Assembly (NCBI RefSeq): GCF_934202705.1
Contig: NZ_CAKPYE010000008.1
Location: 12,528-76,527, forward strand
Direction of reading: 5' to 3'
DNA: 64,000 nucleotides
From: an uncultured Limosilactobacillus sp.
GTDB lineage: Bacteria > Bacillota > Bacilli > Lactobacillales > Lactobacillaceae
The translations under genes were made by a program, and so were the position numbers. Shown here piece after piece: positions 1-8,913 of the stretch (the stretch's first letter is position 1; every line of letters begins with the position of its first letter). The notes beneath the pieces are model-generated. The model had not been told where the DNA came from. It did not search any database and saw only the letters and a list, made by a program, of their open reading frames with translations.

Positions 1-2
1 TG

Positions 3-869
3 TTGCGTCCATTGGAAGACCTGGAAAAGAATGAAGGCTTTAGAGTCACTTACCTGGATGTTGATGAAAACGGGCAGATTGATTTACAACAATTGAGAGA
101 TGCACTTGATGATGACACAATTTTAGTTTCCATTATGACCGTTAATAATGAGGTTGGTAGTCATTTGCCAATTCATGAAATCGGCGAAATTGTGAAGGAT
201 TCTAATGTTTGGTTCCATACTGATGCAGTGCAAGGGTACGGTGCAGTACCGATTGATGTTCAAGCTGATCATATTGACTTGCTTTCAGTTTCAGCTCATA
301 AAATTAACGGGCCCAAAATGATTGGTTTCCTATATCGACGCGATGGGATTAACTTTCCACCATTAATGCGAGGCGGCGATCAAGAGATGAAGCACCGTCC
401 GGGAACGGAAAATGTTCCAGCTGCAGTCTCCTTTGCTAAGGCAATTGAAATGCATTTTGCGGATGGTCAGCTTGAAAAGAACGCTGCCCATTATGTTGAA
501 TTAAAAAAGCAACTCATCCAAGGACTGGATGAAAGTCAGATTGATTACGAAATTAACGGTAATTTGACTGATAATATGGCGCCCCAAACGATCAACATTT
601 GGTTTAAGGGGATTCGTAATGATGCCTTGTTGGTTAATCTAGACCTGAACGGGATTGTTGGTGCCGCTGGTTCGGCATGTACCGCTGGCTCACTGGAACC
701 ATCGCACGTTTTAGTTGCTATGTATGGGGAGAACAGTCCGCGCATTCATGAATCACTGCGTTTTAGTCTTGGTATGACAAATACCGCCGATGATATTGGA
801 CGGTTGGTGACCGAATTACGTAAGATTATTCCGCAAATGAAAGTTGAAGCTGCTAAAAAAGTTGATTAA
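3..869 (+). CDS. cysteine desulfurase, class V aminotransferase family (NifS/IscS-like); 5' end cut by window edge
   Basis: ORF open at window start, stop at 867-869. SVSAHKINGPK (PLP-lysine context) and GSACTAGSLEPSHVL (catalytic Cys loop) are hallmark NifS/IscS motifs. Confidence 0.85.
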   Translation: MRPLEDLEKNEGFRVTYLDVDENGQIDLQQLRDALDDDTILVSIMTVNNEVGSHLPIHEIGEIVKDSNVWFHTDAVQGYGAVPIDVQADHIDLLSVSAHKINGPKMIGFLYRRDGINFPPLMRGGDQEMKHRPGTENVPAAVSFAKAIEMHFADGQLEKNAAHYVELKKQLIQGLDESQIDYEINGNLTDNMAPQTINIWFKGIRNDALLVNLDLNGIVGAAGSACTAGSLEPSHVLVAMYGENSPRIHESLRFSLGMTNTADDIGRLVTELRKIIPQMKVEAAKKVD

Positions 870-876
870 CCAAATA

Positions 877-914
877 AAATCGGTAATCCCAGAAATGGAG
901 TTACCGATTTTTTA
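877..914 (+). terminator. Rho-independent terminator
   Basis: 10-bp stem aaatcggtaa (877-886) / ttaccgattt (901-910) running into a T-run. Confidence 0.75.
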
Positions 915-944
915 CGTATTTATATTAATGAGGGGAGAGTACCA

Positions 945-1052
945 ATGGAAAAATTGGTTAACAACGATCCAGAACAGTTAGGCCAACTGATGCGCGAAGC
1001 TGGATATTCATTAGAAGAAATTGGACTGGTTCTCCAACTGGTCAAGGCATAA
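945..1052 (+). CDS. small hypothetical protein (35 aa), not in supplied ORF track
   Basis: ATG 945 preceded by aggggagag (931-939). Translation MEKLVNNDPEQLGQLMREAGYSLEEIGLVLQLVKA, TAA at 1050-1052. No family recognised. Confidence 0.35.
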   Translation: MEKLVNNDPEQLGQLMREAGYSLEEIGLVLQLVKA

Positions 1053-1079
1053 AAAAACGGTGCCGTTGACGACACCGTT
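1050..1079 (-). terminator. Rho-independent terminator for the minus-strand DUF554 gene
   Basis: Stem aacggtg (1056-1062) / caccgtt (1073-1079). The U-run is on the minus strand (plus-strand A-run 1050-1056). Confidence 0.6.
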
Positions 1080-1104
1080 CACATCCATTAGGGTTGTTAG
1101 TGGT

Positions 1105-1794
1105 TTATAATGCTTTTATCACGTCTAGAACAATAAAGAAAATCACCGGGACGAGTAATGCTGGAAGCATATCGACCGTTTTAAATTGGCGAATCTTTAA
1201 AAGTGAGAGTCCCGCTGCGACAATTAGGAATCCGCCAACAATTGACATTTCAATAATAAATGCCGGTGAGAAAAAGCTCGCGGAAAGAAACTTCGCAATC
1301 AGGTAGATTAAAGACAGCCAAATGAAGATTATTGGCGTTTCTAGTAACATTCCCCAACCAAAGCCAGCACCAAAGATAATGGCACAGACCAGGGTAAACA
1401 TGGCATTGGTATACAGCATGGTTTGGTTGCCGCTAGTTGCCGCATAGACTGGCCCGAGGATTGCGAGGGCACCAATACAGTCGAGAAAACTTGCGGTGGC
1501 GATTCCCTCACCAACTCGGGTGGAGAAACGGGAATTTAACCATTGATTTGACCGATCATCCAATTGAAGATAAGTTCCAATCGGAAAACCAATCGCCATA
1601 CTAATAATGAACAGGATGGGGTAGTGGCTTTTGGGGAGGTTTGCAACCACGGTCTGCATTCCTACACCCAACGCTGCAAAGCCTAGTACCATCCAAAGGG
1701 CATCTTTATAACGATCTGTCAGAAAATGCTTGACGATAACCCCAATTGCAGTACCAAAAACCACTGCTAACGTGTTTGCCAGAATTCCAATCAT
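1105..1794 (-). CDS. DUF554 (YqgA/YdfK-like) integral membrane protein
   Basis: Multi-TM protein. MIGILANT... start, ...SIVGGFLIVAAGLSLLKIRQFKTVDMLPALLVP resembles the YqgA C-terminal pattern (recollection). Track ORF trimmed to ATG at 1794, which has a GGAG SD upstream. Confidence 0.75.
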   Translation of the reverse strand: MIGILANTLAVVFGTAIGVIVKHFLTDRYKDALWMVLGFAALGVGMQTVVANLPKSHYPILFIISMAIGFPIGTYLQLDDRSNQWLNSRFSTRVGEGIATASFLDCIGALAILGPVYAATSGNQTMLYTNAMFTLVCAIIFGAGFGWGMLLETPIIFIWLSLIYLIAKFLSASFFSPAFIIEMSIVGGFLIVAAGLSLLKIRQFKTVDMLPALLVPVIFFIVLDVIKAL

Positions 1795-1980
1795 TTCTTT
1801 ACTCCATTCGTGAAAAAGCAATGATTTAATTTTACTAGAGCGGCAGTTTAAAAGCAACATTATTAGTAAGCAAATAAAATAATTATTATTGGCGGGCAAT
1901 TCCCCGACCTTTTCCGTTGACAGGACACAATGAAATTCGCTAAACTTTTCATGTAAATGTTTTCATTGGAGATGAGGATA

Positions 1981-2274
1981 ATGATGAAGCAAGTGTATCA
2001 GCTCACGACGAGTGGACAAGTTGTCATTGAACAAGCAGACGGGCAACAACTCACCTTTAGTAATGGTGGGGTTGACGGTGAATTTCAAGTCTTCGTGACC
2101 GACATTGATCCGGTGCCGGAACTGTTTGAGCAAGTTGGGGAGTTAGCCGACGGCGATTATGTGGTTAAGGGGATTGCCATCGGTAAAGATGTACCAGAAA
2201 TCAGCTTTCATGGTCATTATCTGGTTTATGGCAATCCAGAGGATGGCAATGTAATGATTGTCAAACGACCTTAA
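1981..2274 (+). CDS. hypothetical protein (~97 aa)
   Basis: Track ORF 1957..2274. The ATG pair at 1981/1984 follows ggagatgagga. No family recognised. Confidence 0.5.
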   Translation: MMKQVYQLTTSGQVVIEQADGQQLTFSNGGVDGEFQVFVTDIDPVPELFEQVGELADGDYVVKGIAIGKDVPEISFHGHYLVYGNPEDGNVMIVKRP

Positions 2275-2371
2275 TCTTGCGCTTTAGAAGCGAGAATGCT
2301 AAAACTAAAAGGGATGGAAACCGGCAATTTCCGTTGCTAATATTATTTGAAACAGAATGGAGAACTTTATT

Positions 2372-3124
2372 ATGGCAAAACACAATGCAAGTACAGCCCA
2401 AGACTATAACCAAAAGGGGATTAAGTTGGCGGCGACTGGGAACCCAAAAGAAGCTTTTGAACAATTTAATCAGGCAGTGAGCTTGAACTATAGTCCGCTT
2501 TATTTTGGCAATCGGGGAATGATTCAGTTCGCAGGAATGCCAACGGCAGGCGAAGACCGTAAGCACACCATGGAAGTTCATCCGGCACGGACGGCGGATG
2601 ACTTTATGGTAGCTGCGTTGCTCTTATTTGAACGGTATTCTGAAGTCAATGCCAAGGATCCGGTGACAAAAGGTCAAGCGGCCACTTGGGGTGCTGGAAT
2701 CATGACCTACCTTTATGGTGCAGGTTGCATGATGTTTATTGAAAATAATCCGCTGGTTAAACCAACGAGTGAAGATTATTACGCAGTGGACTACTTTAAG
2801 AATTACATGATTTCCTTTGTCACGGAAAAGGATGCTGCCCAAACCTTCAATTCATGGATTGATATGGATAAGGCCTTTGTCACTTTCTTAGCGAAGATGG
2901 CAGAAGATAATCATGATAAGCAACCGGTCTTTGATCAAATGACCAATGTCGCCTTACTGTATGCTAAGCGGTTGAAAGATCCAGAATATTTAAAGGCGGC
3001 TCGCGAAGATGTTAAGCAAGTCCTGGGTCATGGTAATCGAGTTGATGAATTGCGGGTGATGGACCGGACCCTCTTTGGTAATACGCACAAGGATGATGAA
3101 CTGTTCTTCAACCCAGAAAATTAA
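2372..3124 (+). CDS. hypothetical protein with TPR-like N-terminal motif
   Basis: Track ORF 2357..3124. ATG 2372 sits 8 nt after ggaga. N-terminus AQDYNQKGIKLAATGNPKEAFEQFNQAVSLN looks like a single TPR; the rest is unrecognised. Confidence 0.55.
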   Translation: MAKHNASTAQDYNQKGIKLAATGNPKEAFEQFNQAVSLNYSPLYFGNRGMIQFAGMPTAGEDRKHTMEVHPARTADDFMVAALLLFERYSEVNAKDPVTKGQAATWGAGIMTYLYGAGCMMFIENNPLVKPTSEDYYAVDYFKNYMISFVTEKDAAQTFNSWIDMDKAFVTFLAKMAEDNHDKQPVFDQMTNVALLYAKRLKDPEYLKAAREDVKQVLGHGNRVDELRVMDRTLFGNTHKDDELFFNPEN

Positions 3125-3174
3125 AAATAAATGAGAAAGCGGTTGACATTTTCTCATTTCAAGGTGTAAGATGC

Positions 3175-3451
3175 TTTCAACAATTTAATTAGATCAATAA
3201 TAAATTGTGATGGAGTCGCTAATTAGTGGAGCCACAGGGAGTACCAAGCACTGAGAAGGTATCTCAACTAGTTGGTTAAAGATTACAATTGTCAGCTCCC
3301 TTCCGAGGTAGCTTGGTAGCACCCAATATCGTGCAACGGATCGCGAATTAATTTGCTGTCCGTTTGAGGTTGCAGATGTGAGTCGGCAACGAAAAAAGGT
3401 GGTACCACGTGTGAACGTCCTTTGTTCTTGATGAACAGAGGGCATTTTTTT
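3175..3451 (+). promoter_or_regulatory. T-box riboswitch leader (tRNA-sensing transcription attenuator)
   Basis: Promoter-like ttgaca (3143-3148) / taagat (3167-3172). GA/K-turn-like gtgatggag near the 5' end. Conserved T-box core aaggtggtaccacg (3396-3409). Terminator cctttgttc (3419-3427) / gaacagagg (3433-3441) plus T-run to 3451. The aminotransferase gene starts at 3500. Confidence 0.8.
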
Positions 3452-3499
3452 ATTGATCCAGAAATATTTGAAATTTAATAGCTGAAGGAGGAAATTTCA

Positions 3500-4690
3500 A
3501 TGGTTAACTATCATTATTCAAAAGCAGTGCCACAAGATGGCGTCGATACCGTCGGTGAAATCTTAAAAGTTGCTGCTTCACCAGATGTGATTTCGTTTGC
3601 TGGTGGCTTACCCGCACCAGAACTGTTTCCAACTGATCAGCTGCAAACGGCTACTGATCGCGTCTATGAAACCGCAGCCCAATCGGCACTTCAATATACC
3701 AATTCCAATGGTTTCCTACCGCTTCGCAAAATCTTAGCGAAACGGATGGCCACGCGGGGAGTTGAATGTGATGCCGACAGTATCGCCATTACCACAGGCT
3801 CTCAACAGTCAATCGACCTCATTTCACGGATGTTTTTGAACCGTGGCGATACGATTCTGGTTGAAAAGCCAACCTACATGAGTGCTTTAGACGTCTTTCA
3901 TACTTATGGTGCCAAGATTGTTGGTGTGCCGATGGATGAGGACGGGTTAAAAATGGATGCTTTGGAGCAAGCGCTGCAGGACCATCCAGAAGCTAAATTC
4001 TTGTACACAGTGCCAACCTTCCAAAACCCAACTGGCCGAACGATGCCGGTTGAGCGACGGCAAAAGTTAGCGGAACTTGCCCGTCAGTACGATATTGTAA
4101 TCATTGAAGATGATCCGTATGGTCAATTGCGCTTTGCCGGGAAAACGGTTCCCGCAGTCAAGAGTTTTGATACCGATGGGCGGGTCTTTTATCTGAGTAC
4201 GTTCTCCAAGACGCTGACGCCCGGACTACGAACCGGTTGGGTAGTGGCTGATCATGATTTTATCAAACATTTTACGGTGATTAAGCAGTCAGCGGACCTC
4301 CATACGGATAATGTTTCCCAACAAGTCATTGCTCGGTTCCTCACAGATTTTGATCTGGATAAACACATTGCCAAGATTCGTAAGGTCTACCGACAACGGG
4401 AACAGTTAATGATTGATTGCATCGTCAAGTACTTCCCGGCTAACGTGGAATATACTCATCCAGAGGGTGGTTTGTTTATCTGGGTGGCAGTGCCTGGCAT
4501 TACAGATACTCAAGCGCTGTTTGATGAATGTATTAAAAATAATGTGGCCTTTGTGCCAGGAGAACCATTTTATCCAGATGAAGTGGTCCCTGGAACTTTC
4601 CGCTTGAATTTCTCGAACATGAGCGATGACAAGATTGAAGTGGGAATTCAACGGTTGGGACAGGTAATTGCTGATTTTCAGCAAAACTAA
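3500..4690 (+). CDS. PLP-dependent aminotransferase, class I/II (2-aminoadipate/aromatic aminotransferase-like)
   Basis: 396 aa, SD ggagga upstream. STFSKTLTPGLRTGW (PLP-lysine motif) and a typical fold-type I pattern (TTGSQQSIDL, EDDPYG). Confidence 0.85.
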   Translation: MVNYHYSKAVPQDGVDTVGEILKVAASPDVISFAGGLPAPELFPTDQLQTATDRVYETAAQSALQYTNSNGFLPLRKILAKRMATRGVECDADSIAITTGSQQSIDLISRMFLNRGDTILVEKPTYMSALDVFHTYGAKIVGVPMDEDGLKMDALEQALQDHPEAKFLYTVPTFQNPTGRTMPVERRQKLAELARQYDIVIIEDDPYGQLRFAGKTVPAVKSFDTDGRVFYLSTFSKTLTPGLRTGWVVADHDFIKHFTVIKQSADLHTDNVSQQVIARFLTDFDLDKHIAKIRKVYRQREQLMIDCIVKYFPANVEYTHPEGGLFIWVAVPGITDTQALFDECIKNNVAFVPGEPFYPDEVVPGTFRLNFSNMSDDKIEVGIQRLGQVIADFQQN

Positions 4691-4709
4691 ATCGGTAACA
4701 TTGCTTATG

Positions 4710-4739
4710 AAAAAAGGACCGCAAATGCGGTCCTTTTTG
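4710..4739. terminator. bidirectional Rho-independent terminator
   Basis: aggaccgca (4715-4723) / tgcggtcct (4726-4734), flanked by an A-run and a T-run, between convergent genes. Confidence 0.85.
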
Positions 4740-5306
4740 TTATTTCAGCTGGTAATGGTGAGCCATGTTAATGACCCGTTTGCGCAAATTAGCCACGGCT
4801 TGCCGCGAGATTCCTAATCTGGTCGCAATTTCGCTTGGTCGGTAGCCCAAATATAGCATTTGAACGTACCGGCGTTGTTGAGGAGTGAGTTGTTGCAAAA
4901 GTGACCGCATTAATTGGCTAATTTCGCAGTTAATAAATTTAACTTCAGCGGTTAAGTCGCGTAAAATTTTTTCCTGCTGCATTTGCGCGTCGCAATCGGC
5001 AAATTCCTTATCAAGTGACATTTCAATTTGCTGACGACGGCGCGTTTGATTTCTTAACTGATCAATTAGACGCCAGTAAAGGTGTTGATAAAGGTAACAG
5101 TAGCGAGGGTGATCATCATGATGTTCCGAACGATGCTGAGTATCATAGGACAGCATTCCCCGGGCCATGATAAGACGGGCTTCTTGTTCATAATCGGGCC
5201 GGTCAGGGTGATAGTGATCGATATGGAGTCGTTTAAGAACACCGAAAATAATGCATTGACATTCCGTGTCCTGGTAAGTGGTTTTTAGATAATCATTAAG
5301 TTGCAA
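4740..5306 (-). CDS. alternative sigma factor, ComX/SigH-like (sigma-70 region-4 HTH at C-terminus)
   Basis: 188 aa, TTG start at 5306 with aagga SD. C-terminus QRRYVQMLYLGYRPSEIATRLGISRQAVANLRKR is a sigma region-4 HTH. The N-terminal pattern (LHIDHY..DYEQEARL; YLYQHLYWRLIDQLRNQTRRRQ) resembles streptococcal ComX by eye. Confidence 0.5.
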   Translation of the reverse strand: MQLNDYLKTTYQDTECQCIIFGVLKRLHIDHYHPDRPDYEQEARLIMARGMLSYDTQHRSEHHDDHPRYCYLYQHLYWRLIDQLRNQTRRRQQIEMSLDKEFADCDAQMQQEKILRDLTAEVKFINCEISQLMRSLLQQLTPQQRRYVQMLYLGYRPSEIATRLGISRQAVANLRKRVINMAHHYQLK

Positions 5307-5616
5307 AATTAATTCATCCTTCAGTAATTTTCTCGGGCCCGGTAGGATGAATATTAGCGAACTATGTAACGGAAAACGATTAGTAGAAAATGGAAAAAAG
5401 GGTCTAAATTTGATGTTTTCAAGGCTAAAAGTGGCTGAATAGTTGGTAAATAATACCTGATACAGGATATTACCATTCGAAACGATGAAAGTGTGATTTG
5501 CTGAACGGCTGCTTAGTCAAATTAGTAGATTGATGATTGACAGTAGACCATCTTTCCCGTAAATTAATGGGCGTCAACTAAACCGGTTATTGACAGGAAA
5601 TTGTTAAAGGAGAGAA

Positions 5617-6360
5617 ATGATGACGGAATCGACGTTTAAAACGCCCACTTTTGCCACCATTGAGGAATTGAAGTCCGGCAAGATTGAGGTCGTCACACAA
5701 TATCGCTTAACTTGGAAGAATTTTTTAATCATTACTCGTTATGGTGAAGAACAAACCTTTGTCTTGCTGAGTAATGGCGAGCGGGTCATTATTGATCAGC
5801 CGCTCAAGGTTGCCATGCGTGAATTTTCTACTGTGAATCACTGTTATAGTCGGTGCAGCGTCCCGTATTATGAGCTATTAGGTGAACATCACCCAATTCG
5901 TGCCTATGTGGCCGGTCGTAATTTACTGGTGCCATCGATGGGGACGCAAAATGCGGAGATGGTGTACTACATGGTCAAGCCGATGACTGACCACTACTTT
6001 ACAAAGGACCAGCAGGGGATGATCTTGGCATTTGAAACCCCGCAATTATGCGTGAATGTGCGGGTACCAGCGTATCAGAAAAAATTTGAGAAAATTCTCC
6101 ATCAAGCCAATGCCATTTCTCAGATGCATTTGACCGAACTGCATGAAACGGTGCATCGGTACGGGCTTGAACAGGAGTGCGGATGCTATGGCAATCAGGA
6201 TTATGAACAGGCCCAGTTGACCGCTCGCGCCTTTGAAATTAAACGCCATGTTTATGGTTATGTCCTTAATACCCTGCATGAACGACTGTATGGCGAACGA
6301 TTGAGTGATGAGGCGATGCAGCATTTACTAGAAGTGTTATTTGATACTTTTAAACGATAA
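5617..6360 (+). CDS. hypothetical protein (247 aa); faint ComK-like pattern only
   Basis: SD aaaggagag. Promoter-like ttgaca...taaatt upstream. HHPIRAYVAGRNLLVPSMGTQNAEMVYYMV loosely recalls the ComK K.PI....ifFPT.S core. Not a secure assignment. Confidence 0.55.
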   Translation: MMTESTFKTPTFATIEELKSGKIEVVTQYRLTWKNFLIITRYGEEQTFVLLSNGERVIIDQPLKVAMREFSTVNHCYSRCSVPYYELLGEHHPIRAYVAGRNLLVPSMGTQNAEMVYYMVKPMTDHYFTKDQQGMILAFETPQLCVNVRVPAYQKKFEKILHQANAISQMHLTELHETVHRYGLEQECGCYGNQDYEQAQLTARAFEIKRHVYGYVLNTLHERLYGERLSDEAMQHLLEVLFDTFKR

Positions 6361-6452
6361 TTAACATTTGCAACGCTTTTCATTGATTAGTGACCTTTGC
6401 TATAATATCCCTATTTAAAATGGTTGCGACAACATTAAAGTAAGAGGAAATT

Positions 6453-7106
6453 ATGAAAGTTATCGATAATTCAGTAATCTTAAAGATGTTCAAGCTGACG
6501 GTAGATGATAAACAGCGCCGAGCTTTTAATGAAGTTGGTAAACGGAATATGGTGACATCGGTTACGATTGAAAATGGTACGTTAGCAATGTATCACACTG
6601 AAAATGAGCAAGGCCAGAATGTGATGCTGGAAGTTTATGATGGGGCCAAGGCCTATGATCAGCATCGACAATCACCACAGTTCAATGATTTTTTGAAGGT
6701 TGCTGAGGACGCCGTTCAAGACCAACAAAAATTTGAGTTAATCCCGCAATTTTTAGGTGAGCAGGAAGTTTCATTGAATGTCACCACCGATAATCAGATG
6801 CGGGTGAATATCGTTCATTTGACGGTTAAAGCTGGTTGTGATGCCAAGTTAAAAAAGCTGTTAACCGATTATTTAACACAGGCCATGCAAGCCGAAACGG
6901 AAATCTTGGTGTGCTATGTGGCGCAAAAGCAGGATCAGCCCAATCAATGGTTAACTTTCCAAGTTTTTCAAAATGAGGAGACCTTTAAGAACTACGTTAA
7001 TTCCGCTGGCTTTAAAGAAGTGCAAAAGCAAATGGCGCCGTTGTTAGATGGTCGGCAACTCGAACAGCTGGATGGTCGCGTGTTGATGAATAAAGGACAT
7101 TACTAG
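6453..7106 (+). CDS. tandem ABM (antibiotic-biosynthesis-monooxygenase-like) domain protein
   Basis: 217 aa with two ferredoxin-like halves: LKMFKLTVDD...EVYDGAKAYDQHRQSPQF and RVNIVHLTVKAG...FQVFQNEETFKNYVNSAGF. Confidence 0.55.
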   Translation: MKVIDNSVILKMFKLTVDDKQRRAFNEVGKRNMVTSVTIENGTLAMYHTENEQGQNVMLEVYDGAKAYDQHRQSPQFNDFLKVAEDAVQDQQKFELIPQFLGEQEVSLNVTTDNQMRVNIVHLTVKAGCDAKLKKLLTDYLTQAMQAETEILVCYVAQKQDQPNQWLTFQVFQNEETFKNYVNSAGFKEVQKQMAPLLDGRQLEQLDGRVLMNKGHY

Positions 7107-7112
7107 CAATGA

Positions 7113-7142
7113 ATGATCGTGCGGGAGCGCGGTCATTTTTTG
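7113..7142 (+). terminator. Rho-independent terminator
   Basis: atgatcgtgc (7113-7122) / gcgcggtcat (7127-7136) with two G-U pairs, then a T-run. Marks the left edge of the AT-rich island. Confidence 0.65.
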
Positions 7143-7380
7143 TAAAATAATTGAATAGTTACGGTTTATTTAAGGACATTCAGATTATATAATTTATTTA
7201 ATCATTAAAATTCAGCTTCATAGTAGAATTAAGGGATGTCAGAAAATAGTATATATTTGAAGGTGTTATGTTACGTAATTATTAGGAGAGACTATATTTA
7301 CTAAAATATGGAGATTTACTCAAACATTACTGCAAATGAGATACAGTATACATTTGGAAATTTTATGAGGAGTTTTACTT

Positions 7381-8913
7381 TTGGCAACTAAATCAAAAGA
7401 ATTAAATATTGAAGATAAATTATGGAAAGCAGCTGATGCATTACGAGGAAGCATGGATGCTTCAGAATACCGAAATGTTGTATTAGGATTAATTTTCTTG
7501 AAGTATGCTTCTGATTCATTTGAAGAGCGGCGTCAGGAATTATTGAAGACAGATTATCCCGATGACGCTGAAGATCCTGATATGTATCTTGAGAATAATA
7601 TTTTTTGGGTACCACAAGAAGCGCGTTGGAAGAAGATTGAGCATGCTGCTAAGACACCGCAGATCGGTGAAGTAATTGATGATGCCATGACAGCAATTGA
7701 AAAGAGTAATGATTCATTTCGAGGAATTCTGAGTAAGAACTATGCTTCTCCTGATTTGGACAAGACTCGTCTAGGAGAAGTAGTTGACTTAATCTCTGAT
7801 ATTAAGGTCGGCAATAAAGAGTCAATTGACAAAGATGTATTAGGCCGAGTATATGAATACTTCTTAAACGAATTTGCTAGTCAAGAAGGAAAGCACGGTG
7901 GTGAATTCTATACGCCACGATCAATTGTTAAGATTCTGGTTGAAATGATTGAACCGTATAAGGGACGAATTTATGATCCTTGTTGTGGTTCTGGCGGAAT
8001 GTTTGTTCAATCGGAAGAGTTCGTTAGACGCCACCAAGGGGAACTAAAGGATTTACATGTTTTCGGTGAAGAATCCAACCCAACAACTTGGAAATTAGCA
8101 AAAATGAATTTGGCTATTCGGGGAATTGACAGTGACCTAGGACCTCATCAAGGTGATACCTTTACTAATGACTTACATAAGGGTGTACGCTTTAACTACA
8201 TTCTGGCTAATCCACCATTTAACATTAAAAAGTGGGGTGGAGAAAAGCTACAAGATGATGCTCGGTGGAAGTATGGGGTTCCACCAACAGGAAATGCTAA
8301 CTATGCTTGGATTGAGCATATTATTAGTAAGCTAGCTCCTGATGGTAAGGCAGGCTTCGTTCTTGCTAATGGAGCATTGTCAACATCAAATAAGGAAGAG
8401 CTAGCAATTCGTAAAGCAATCCTAGAAGATGATAAGATTGATGCCATCGTTGCTTTGCCAGAAAAGATGTTTTATTCGACCGGAATTCCAGTTTCACTGT
8501 GGTTTGTCGATATGAACAAGGAATCAGCTGATGAGCGTTCACGGAAAGGTGAAACACTATTTATTGATGCTCGTAACCTCGGTGAAATGATTGATCGGAC
8601 TCACCGAGCATTTAATGCTGAAGATATTAAAAAGGTTGCTGATACTTATCACGCTTACCGTGGAACAAATAAGCAAGAATACAAAGATATTGCCGGATTT
8701 TGTAAAATTGCTAAATTAGATGAAATTGCGAAAAATGATTATGTATTAACACCGGGGCGTTATGTAGGGCTAGCTAAACAAGAAGACGATGGTGAGCCTT
8801 ATGAGGTTAAGATGAAACGTCTGACGGGTGAATTAAAGAAACAGTTTGAGGAGAGCAATAAACTGCAAGCTCAAATTAAAGATGTTTTGAAGGAGCTTGG
8901 TTATGAGATATAG
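7381..8913 (+). CDS. hsdM: Type I restriction-modification DNA methyltransferase subunit M
   Basis: 510 aa, TTG start after gaggag. HsdM N-terminal LWKAADALRG, SAM motif IYDPCCGSGGMF, catalytic LANPPFN. Confidence 0.95.
   Translation: MATKSKELNIEDKLWKAADALRGSMDASEYRNVVLGLIFLKYASDSFEERRQELLKTDYPDDAEDPDMYLENNIFWVPQEARWKKIEHAAKTPQIGEVIDDAMTAIEKSNDSFRGILSKNYASPDLDKTRLGEVVDLISDIKVGNKESIDKDVLGRVYEYFLNEFASQEGKHGGEFYTPRSIVKILVEMIEPYKGRIYDPCCGSGGMFVQSEEFVRRHQGELKDLHVFGEESNPTTWKLAKMNLAIRGIDSDLGPHQGDTFTNDLHKGVRFNYILANPPFNIKKWGGEKLQDDARWKYGVPPTGNANYAWIEHIISKLAPDGKAGFVLANGALSTSNKEELAIRKAILEDDKIDAIVALPEKMFYSTGIPVSLWFVDMNKESADERSRKGETLFIDARNLGEMIDRTHRAFNAEDIKKVADTYHAYRGTNKQEYKDIAGFCKIAKLDEIAKNDYVLTPGRYVGLAKQEDDGEPYEVKMKRLTGELKKQFEESNKLQAQIKDVLKELGYEI

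Noticed and set aside
3194-3445. 83-aa minus-strand track ORF upstream of the aminotransferase
   Set aside because: It lies entirely inside the T-box leader (conserved T-box core and terminator on the plus strand). It has no SD and an odd composition, so it is a chance antisense ORF.
7273-7282. gtaattatta present near both island edges (about 7273 and about 21188) as possible att-type direct repeats
   Set aside because: It is only 10 bp of AT-rich sequence, an expected chance recurrence. There is no adjacent integrase of the island type, no tRNA and no extended identity.
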